DNA of 47,922 nucleotides from sequence record SRR31156797_1383; one strand, 5' to 3'. Shown piece by piece: positions 28,695 to 38,600 of this stretch (position 1 is its first letter; each line of letters starts with the position of its first letter). The notes under the pieces were generated by a model. It saw only the letters and a program-made list of their open reading frames with translations, ran no database searches and was not told where the DNA came from. The position numbers and the translations under genes were made by a program.

Positions 28695-28743
28695 AGACAA
28701 AACTGAGGCAGATCAATAGAAAAATCATTACTAGCCAATGCAT
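28693..28743 (-). CDS. Small hydrophobic peptide MHWLVMIFLLICLSFV (candidate Rgg signalling peptide)
   Basis: Minus strand reads taaggag-caacaaacg-ATG CAT TGG CTA GTA ATG ATT TTT CTA TTG ATC TGC CTC AGT TTT GTC TAA; upstream -10 TATACT (28811-28816); terminator directly after the stop. Confidence 0.6.
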   Translation of the reverse strand: MHWLVMIFLLICLSFV

Positions 28744-28843
28744 CGTTTGTTGCTCCTTAAGTCGTATTAGAAGAAGCCAATTGGGCAGCGGTGTTTCCTT
28801 CTTACCAACAAGTATAACCGCTTCGAGTAGAATGAACGTTTAC

Positions 28844-28859
28844 GTCCGAAATGTAGGAC
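28844..28859. promoter_or_regulatory. Putative Rgg operator, box 2 (GTC-N10-GAC)
   Basis: gtccgaaatgtaggac, 27 nt upstream of the peptide gene's -10 TATACT, where no good -35 is visible. Confidence 0.45.
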
Positions 28860-29335
28860 CAAATAACTAGGTGAGGATGAAAAGCAGTGAAGAGCAACTG
28901 AAGAAATAATCGTTCATAATAGTGCAACGTTGATTTTGATAGAATAGTTTCATTCTTTTTTCACAGAACTTTCTGCGAGCGTTTCGATTCCTTTTTTTCG
29001 TTAGCAAGAGTTATTTTAGGTGATATCGTGAAAAAACGTCTGAATTATTTTTGTTTTTTTATTTGCGGAGGTAAAAAACGAGGTTAAAATCATGAAAAAA
29101 CACAATCATCATTTTTCTCTATCCAGATGTATAAACATGCAATTGAAATCGTATTCATTATATTGATTAAACATAAAAAAAAGAAAGGTTAACTGACGAA
29201 AAAAGGCAATATTTTATCATTATACATTTGTTTATAAGATAAATATAAATAATTTCTGCTTGTTTATAAAATAAACCTTTTGTGTTTTGAAAGGTGAAAT
29301 TCAGTGTTTTTTTAATTATTTATCGTGTTTATAAT

Positions 29336-29364
29336 TTGTTGGAAAGAAATAAATTTGCTAGAAT
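29336..29364 (+). promoter_or_regulatory. Putative promoter of the giant adhesin/WxL operon
   Basis: TTGTTG (29336-41), 17-nt spacer, TAGAAT (29359-64) with extended TG; implies a ~270-nt leader. Confidence 0.5.
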
Positions 29365-29643
29365 TTTGGTACACAGTGTGTTCGTTTAGTTATTTTATTT
29401 TTTAGTTTCACAAGAGTGAGCTAATGTGCTTCTAAACTATTTGAACAAAAATCACTGGGTTTTTCAGAAAGCATGCGAAAAAATCTTCGCTTTGCGATCG
29501 GTTACTTTTTGTTTTCTCTCTATGCCTTTAGGTGTTGGGTTGAAATAGATTTTCATCTGGTTTTAAAGGGGGAAAGAAGGATTCCAGAGATCATCAGTTT
29601 TATCTTTTGTCGGTTAAATTTTTTTCGAACAGGAGGAGAATGA

Positions 29644-32600
29644 ATGAAAGGCATTAATTATAAAAAGCTCATGGATTCAAAGAAAAACACACGCGTTCGA
29701 ACAAAGAAAAATATTATTGCGAATTTAACTGTCAGTGGAATGTTGTTGACAAGTACGGTGGTTGTGCCAGCAAGTTTGTTATGGGCACCAACGACGGTTG
29801 AAGCTGCTTTGGTTTCAGCTGAACTTTTCTCAGATATCACAGCGTCTAATAACTCAGGCACGAGTGCGTCTGCACCTTATGCAACTCCTGGTGCAACGAA
29901 CCAAGTCAATTTCTCGATTTCTGGATCGAATGCAGTAACGGTTGATGTCTTGAATGGGGATAAAGTCGCGGTTGTTGGGGTTCCTCAAGGCCTTACTGGT
30001 TTGGTTCAACCGGCAGGGAATGCATCGATTTCCACCAATGTGATACTCCAACTGGGGAATTTCCCAGCCTTGCAAACATTGATCGGTACAGTCACACCAG
30101 CAGTCAATACCTTGATCAGCACGGTGGATGGAATCGTCAATCAAAATTTAGCTGATGCACTTGATATTCCGCCAACAATCGTTGGCGGCTTGCCAAATCC
30201 GTTGTATACAGCGGCTTCAATCGTGGATGTTAGCCAAGTGATTTCCGTCAACTTAGATGAAATCACTACCCAGTTAGACTTATTAAATCAACTTGGACAA
30301 TTTGGCCAAGCGAATTTTGAAGTTCCAGCTGGACTAACCGATAACGAACGTGCCCTGATTGCCAATGTGGATGATGGTTTATTTATCGTTATCAATCAAC
30401 GCATTAATCAAATTCTCGATAATTTACAAGCAGCCCAGATTCAAGTCAGTATTTTGGATGGTGCAAGTGGGATTCCAGGCATCGGTACCTTGATCGGTCA
30501 AATCAATACGTTGGTACAAAGTACCGTTAATACAGCTAAAGCCACTTTAAACGCAACGGTTGAAACGGCACAAACAGTCTTCAATGCAACGACAGATTTA
30601 GCAGATCAAATCGCTTCTGCATCTGTTTTAGGTCAAACCAATGTGGTCATTCCAACGAATGTCACCAGTCCGACCTATGCACAATTGGTTGAAAACGGCG
30701 TGGCGAATCCATCTAATCCTTACGAAGCCCGCTTCGAAGGAACGATGTCTCAACTTGATTTGATCACCATTGATTTATTTACGGATGCTGACGGCAATAA
30801 CTCGATTTGGTTTGCGCCAGATACACCAGAAGATCAAACCGATACACCAACAATCAATCCATTGACAGCAGGGGAAACGACGATCAGCGGAACAGCTGAG
30901 CCAGGCGCAGCCATCACATTGGCGATCAACGGCGGTGCACCTATTACAACAACCGCAGATGGTGACGGCAATTGGACGGCGGATGTCCCTGAATTGGTGG
31001 AAGGCGATACAGTCACAGCAGTAGCGGAAGCTGAGGGGGAATCGGCGAGTGAGCCTGCAACGGCAACGGTAGCAGCACCAGTGGTTAATGCACCAACGGC
31101 TTCGATTTCAGGAAATAGTACCGATGGGTATCCTGTGACGGGGACAGCCGCAGCAAATGCAGCCATTGAAATCACCAATGCCGAAGGTGAAGTCGTTGGC
31201 TCTGGGACGGCAAATGAGAACGGCAACTACAGTATCACGTTGAACCCAGCAGATGTAGCAGAAAATGAAAACTTGAATGTTGCCGCAATCGTCACTGCCG
31301 GTGGGCAAACTTACCGTAGTGGTAATACGCCAATCGTCGTTCCAGCAGACGATGCGGAGCAACAAACGGGAACACCAACGATTCAACCGGTGACTGCCGG
31401 GGATACAAGCGTCAGCGGAACTGCTGAGCCTGGTGCCTCGATTACTGTGACCATCAACGGTGCAGATCCGATCGTGACGGAAGCCGATGAAGAGGGCAAT
31501 TGGCGTGTTGATGTGGACGAAGTGTCAGAGGGCGATACGGTTTCAGCTATCGCCGAACTAGCAGGACAAACGCCAAGCCAACCGGCTAGCACCACCGTGT
31601 CCGCCTTAACAGTCAACGCACCAACGGCTTCGATCACAGGAAATAGTCAAGAGGGCTATCCAGTGACTGGAACAGCAGCACCAAATGCGGCCATTGAGAT
31701 CACCAATGCGGATGGCGAAATTGTCGGAACAGGTACCGCCAATGAGAATGGTGTTTATACAGTCACGTTAGATCCAGCGGATGTTGACGCGGAAGAAACC
31801 CTGAATGTGACAGCGGTTGTGACCGCTGGCGGCGAAACCTATCGAAGCAACCCAACACCTGTTGTGGTGCCTGCAGATATCCTGCAGACGGAAACACCAA
31901 CGATCGATCCAGTCAGTGCTGGAGATACGACCGTTAGTGGGACAGCGGAACCGGGGGCAACGGTAACGATCACGCTTCCTGAAGGCGATCCAATCACGGC
32001 TGAAGCCGATGATGAAGGCAACTGGGAAGCAACGGTTCCTGAATTATCAGAAGGCGATTCCGTGACCGTCGTAGCTGAGTCTGAAGGCAAAGATCCGAGT
32101 GCCCCAATCACCGTGAGTGTAAACGGTTTAACCGTGGCGGCACCAACGGCTACGATCACCGGAAATAGCACAGATGGGTATCCAGTAACGGGAACAGCGA
32201 TTGCCAATGCAGCAATTGAAATTTTGAATGAAGCAGGAGAGGTCGTTGGTAGCGGAACAGCTGATGAGGATGGTAACTTCACGATCACCCTTGATCCTCA
32301 AGAGGTGACAGCTGGCGACAACTTACGAGTGGAAGCGATCGTGACGGCTGGTGGTGAAGATTATCGCAGTACAGGCACACCGCTTGTAGTTCCTGCAGAT
32401 GATGAAGAAAATTTAACTGAAACACCAACAATCGACCCAGTAACAGCTGGGGATACGACCGTCAGCGGAACGGCTGAACCAGGGGCAACTGTGACGATTA
32501 CGCTGCCTGAAGGCGATCCGATCACGGCAGAAGCCGATGACGAAGGCAATTGGGAAGCGACGGTACCAGAATTAACGGAAGGTGATACGGTAACAGTCGT

Positions 32601-35600
32601 TGCCGAAGTAGAAGGCAAAGAGCCAAGTGCACCGATTACCGTGACCGTTGATGGTGTGACTGTCAGTGCACCGAGCGCTTCCATCACAGGCAATAGTACG
32701 GATGGCTATCCGGTCAGTGGAACAACCACGCCGAATGCGGCCATTGAGATTTTGAATGAAGCAGGAGATGTCGTTGGTAGCACGACGGCGGATGACGCGG
32801 GTGCTTATACCGTGACCTTAGATCCAGCTGATGTGGCGCCAGAAGAAGCCTTGCAGGTGGTGGCAGTTGTGACAGCGGGCGGTCAAGACTACCGCAGTAA
32901 TGCCACGCCAATCACGGTACCAGCAGACATTGAACAAACTGGGACACCAACGATCGATCCGGTCACAGCAGGTGATACCACGATTAGCGGAACGGCAGAA
33001 CCAGGTTCGACGGTTACTGTTACGATCACCGGTCAAGAACCAGTAACGGCTGAAACGGATGACGAAGGAAACTGGCTTGCGGAAGTGCCAGCAGTCTCTG
33101 GTGGCGATACAGTCACAGTCGTTGCGGAAGCCGAAGGCAAAGAGCCAAGCGCGCCAGTCAGCGTTGGAGTCAATGGAGTCACCGTTGCAGCACCAACAGC
33201 GATCATCAGCGGCAATAGTACCGATGGCTATCCAATCACGGGGACTGCTCCAGTGAACGCAGCGATCGAAGTGTTGAATGAGTCAGGCGATGTGATCGGT
33301 ACTGGGACAGCCGATGGGGATGGAAACTATACGGTAACCATCGCACCATCCGATGCAGCACCAGAAGAAACCTTGTCTGTCGTTGCGATCGTAACAGCTG
33401 GCGGAGATCAGTACCGCAGTCCTGCCACACCGGTGACGGTCCCAGCAGATGAGCTTGAACAAACAGCATCACCAACCATCGACCCAATCAATGCCGGGGA
33501 TACGACGATCAGTGGGACCGCAGAACCAGGCGCTACGGTGACGGTAACGATCCCAGGTGAAGAACCTGTTACTGGTGAAGCCGATGACGAGGGGAACTGG
33601 ACAGTTGAAGTTCCTGAAGTTTCTGAAGGAGAAACCGTCACAGTGGTCGCACAAGCACCAGACAAAGACCCAAGTGCACCAATCAGTGTTGGGGTCAATG
33701 GACTGACGATCGCTACACCAACTGCGACGATCAGTGGCAATAGTACCGATGGTTACCCAGTAACGGGAACGGCACCAGCCAATGCAGCGATTGAAATCTT
33801 AAATGCCGATGACGAGGTTGTTGGAACTGGCACCGCAAATGACGAAGGCCAATACACGATCACGTTAACGAGTAATGACGCGTCTCCAGCTGAAGCCTTA
33901 CGGGTGGTGGCGGTAGTCACAGCCGGTGGTCAAGAGTACCGCAGTGCGGCTGCACCAATCACAGTACCTTTGGATCAAACTGCAGTCCCAACGATTGAAT
34001 CGGTGACAGCCGGCGACACGACCATCAGTGGTACGGCTGAACCTGGCGCGACAGTCTCAGTCGCGATTGGTGACGCAGAGCCAGTCACTGCCGAAGCGGA
34101 TGACGAAGGCAATTGGACGGCAACTGTGCCCGAGGTTTCTCAAGGAGAAATTGTTTCTGTGGTAGCGACCCTTGATGGGGAAACACCAAGTGATGCAGCT
34201 ACGGTCGTCGTAAATCCACTCACTGTGGCGACACCGACAGCAGCGATCAGCGGCAATAGTTCGGAGGGGTATCCAGTAACCGGAACGGCCACGCCAAATG
34301 CAGCGATTGAGATCTTAAATGCAGCCGGTGAGGTTGTTGGTAGCGGTGAAGCAAATGAGGAAGGTGCTTACAGCATCACATTGAGCAGCGACGATGTTGA
34401 TCCTTCAGAAGCACTTCAGGTGGTGGCAGTGGTAACAGCTGGCGGCGATGAGTACCGCAGTGCGCCGCTCTCCATCGTGGTACCAGCAGACCAAACGACT
34501 ACCCCAACGATCGATCCAGTGCAAGCAGGTGATACATCCGTCGGAGGAACTGCCGAACCTGGTTCAACGGTGACGGTAACGATTCCTGGAGAAGATCCAG
34601 TGACTGCCGAAACGGATGAGGAAGGCAATTGGACAGTCACCGTACCAGAACTTTCAGAAGGCGACACGGTCACAGTGGTTGCTGAAGCTGAAGGCAAAGA
34701 CCCAAGTGCACCAATCAGTGTTGGTGTCGGTGCCTTAAACGTGGCTGCACCAACCGCAACGATCACGGGCAACAGTACTGACGGCTATCCAGTCACAGGA
34801 ACAGCACCAGCCAACGCAACCATTGAAATCTTAAATGCTGCCAATGAAGTGGTAGGCAGTGGTACTGCCAATGGAGACGGTGAGTATACGATCACCTTGA
34901 CAGAAGGTGTTTCACCAGCAGAAACCTTGCGAGTGGTGGCTATCGTATCAGCCGGCGGTCAAGACTATCGCAGTCCGGCAACTACTATCGTGGTGCCAGA
35001 AGATAACGCAGAAGACCAAACAGCGGCACCGACTGTCGCACCAGTGATTGCTGGGGCTACAACCGTTAGCGGAACGGCTGAACCTGGGGCAGATGTAACG
35101 GTTGAACTACCAAACGGCGATACTGTTACAGTGGCAGCGAATGACGAAGGTGAGTGGACGGCAACTGTGCCGACGGTTTCTCTGGATGATGTCTTGACAG
35201 TTACTGCCTTGGCAAACGGCAAAACAGAAAGTTTACCAGTAACAGTGACGGTGCAAGGGCTGATCGTGGCAGCACCAACGGCAACGATTTCTGGCAATAG
35301 TGCAGATGGCTATCCAGTAACTGGTACAGCACCAGCTAATGCGTCAATCGAAATCTTAAATGCTGATGATCAAGTGATTGGCACAGGGACGGCCAATGAG
35401 AATGGTGTTTACACCGTTACCTTGACCAGTGAAGAGGCATCAGCAGGAGAAACGGTCCGTGTCATTGCCATCGTTTCAGCAGGTGGGGATGACTTCCGTA
35501 GTCAACCAACGGCTGTCGTGGTACCTGCGGATCAAACGGCGACACCAACGATCAATCCAGCAGTTGCCGGCGCAACAGAAATCAGCGGGACAGCCGAACC

Positions 35601-38600
35601 AGGAGCAATAGTCAACGTGACGGTCGGTGAGCAAGACCCAATCTCAGCCGAAGTTGACGAAGAGGGCAATTGGCAAGTTGATGTGCCAGAGCTTTCCGAA
35701 GGGACGACTGTTACGGCAGTAGCAGAAGTAGAAAATGAAACACCAAGTACACCAGCAACGATCACAGTCGGTGCATTAACGGTGGTGGCTCCTAGTGCGT
35801 CCATCAGTGGCAATGCAGCCGATGCTTATCCAGTGACCGGAACAGGACCAGCGAATGCGACCATCGAAATCTTGAACGAAGCTGGCGAGACAGTTGGAAC
35901 GGGTACGACCAATGATGCAGGGCTTTACACGATCGATTTGACCAGTGAAAATGTCTCTCCTGAAGAAAACTTGACGGTAGTTGCGGTGGTCACAGCTGGT
36001 GGTACAGATTATCGTAGTCCAGCGACACCAATCATGGTGCCAGCTGAACCGGGTGAAAATCAAACAACGGCACCAACGGTTGATCCAATCAAAGCAGGCG
36101 ATGAAACAGTTAGCGGAACGGCAGAACCAGGCTCAACTGTGACTGTGACACTACCTGACGGCACAGAAGAAACCGCCGAAACAGATGATGAGGGCAACTG
36201 GAGTGTCGATGTGCCTGAATTGTCTGAATGGGATACCATCACAGTCGTCGCAGACAGTGACGGCAAAGACCCAAGTGATCCAATCACTGTCATCGTTGAA
36301 GGAGTGACTGTCGCAGCACCAACAGCTTCCATTAGCGGCAACAGCACGGATGGCTACCCAGTGACTGGTACAGCACCAGCCAATGCAGCGATCGAGATCT
36401 TGAACGCAGACAATGAAGTCGTTGGAACAGGCACTGCCGATGGAGACGGCAACTATACAGTGGACTTAACTGCTGAAACTGTCGATCCAGAAGAAACCTT
36501 AAATGTCGTTGCCATCGTAACAGCTGGTGGGAAAGAGTATCGCAGTAATCCCACAGCGGTCATCGTACCAGCAGATACGGTAGTGGATCAGACAGCTGCA
36601 CCAACGATCGATCCAATCACGGCAGGAGATACCAGCATCAGTGGGACCGCAGAACCAGGTTCAACCGTGACGATCATTGTACCAGATGCGGAACCAATCA
36701 CGGCTGAAACGGATGACGAAGGCAATTGGACAGCAGAAGTACCAGAAGTTTCTGAAGGCGATGCAGTCACTGTTGTGGCTCAATCACCTGACAAAGAGCC
36801 AAGCGCTCCAGTAACAGTTGGTGTGGGGGCGTTGACGGTCACTGCTCCTAGTGCAACCATCACAGGCAATAGCACGGATGGCTATCCAGTAACTGGAACG
36901 GCACCAGCCAATGCCACCATACAAATCTTGAATAGCGATGGACAAATCGTCGGTTCAGGAACCGCAGACGCGGAAGGAAACTACAGTATCACTCTTGAAC
37001 CAACAGCTGTTGCACCAGCGGAAAGCCTAACAGTCGTCGCAGTTCTGACAGCTGGCGGCAAAGAATACCGCAGTAATGCGACACCGATCGTGGTACCTTT
37101 GGATCAAGAAGAGCAACAAACTGCAACACCAACGATCGATCCAGTCAAAGCTGGCGATACGACGATCAGCGGGACTGCCGAACCAGGTTCAACGGTGACG
37201 GTAACGATTGGTGAAAATGAACCGATCACAACTGAAACGGACGAAGAGGGCAATTGGACAGTCGAAGTACCTGAAGTTGCGGAGGGTGATACCGTCACTG
37301 TTGTGGCACAATCCCCTGAAAAAGACCCTAGTGCACCAATCACAGTGAGTGTGGATGGCATCACGGTTTCAGCACCGACCGCTTCCATCACTGGCAATCC
37401 AGAGGATGGTTATCCAGTGACGGGGATGGCAGCACCAAATGCGGCGATTGAAATCGTGAATGAAGCGGGGGATGTCGTTGGATCAGGCAATACCGATGAA
37501 AATGGCAACTACACCATCACGCTCTCTGGTGAAGATGTTTCTCCTGAAGAATCATTGAACGTCGTTGCGATCATTACAGCCGGCGGCAAAGACTACCGTA
37601 GTAATGCGACACCAATTGTAGTGCCCGTTGAGAATACGATTGATCAAACCGCCACACCAATCATCGAACCAGTCACAGCTGGTGATACGACCATCAATGG
37701 TACTGCTGTACCGGGATCGACGGTCACCGTGACGGTAACGGGCGAAGAAGCGGTTGAAACCGAAGCAGATGAAGCAGGAAATTGGTCAGTAGACGTTGCG
37801 GAAGTTTCTCGAGATGAAATCGTAACAGCAGTGGCGCAAAGCGAAGGAGAAACCGCCAGTGAACCGGCAACGACCGTTGTTAATGGCATCACGGTCAACG
37901 CACCTTCAGCGTCAATTACTGGGGATTCCCAAGATGGCTATCCAGTAAGTGGGAACGGACCTGCCAATGCAGCAATTGAAATCCTTAATGAAGAGGGTGA
38001 TGTCGTAGGAACAGGCACGACCGATGAAAATGGTGACTATACGATCACATTGACTAGTGAGGATGTCGCACCAGAAGAAAACTTATCGGTTGTGGCGATC
38101 GTCACTGCTGGTGGGGATGACTACCGCAGTAATCCGACACCAATCGTCGTACCTGTCGATGATGAAAGCATCAAGACAGATACACCAACCATTGACCCAG
38201 TTACGGCTGGTGATACAACGATCAGCGGAACGAGTGAGCCAGGTGCTACGATCACCGTTACCATCAGCGATCCGTTAACAAGTAGATTCCTGACCATCTT
38301 CGCGGCTGAAGGACCAATCACAACGATCGCCGATCAAAATGGTGACTGGGATGTTGAGTTATCCGTGGAAGCGACGGAAGGCGAAACTGTTACGGTTCTT
38401 GCTTTAGCCGAAGGCGAAACCTTAAGTGATCCGACGACGACCGTAGTCAGTGCCTTGACGGTTGACGCACCGGTTGCCACGATCACTGGCAATCCTACCG
38501 ATGGCTATCCAGTCTTCGGGAATGGTCCAGCCAATGCGACGATCGAAATCTTGAATGAAGCGGGTGACGTTGTCGGAACTGGAACGTCCAATGGGAATGG

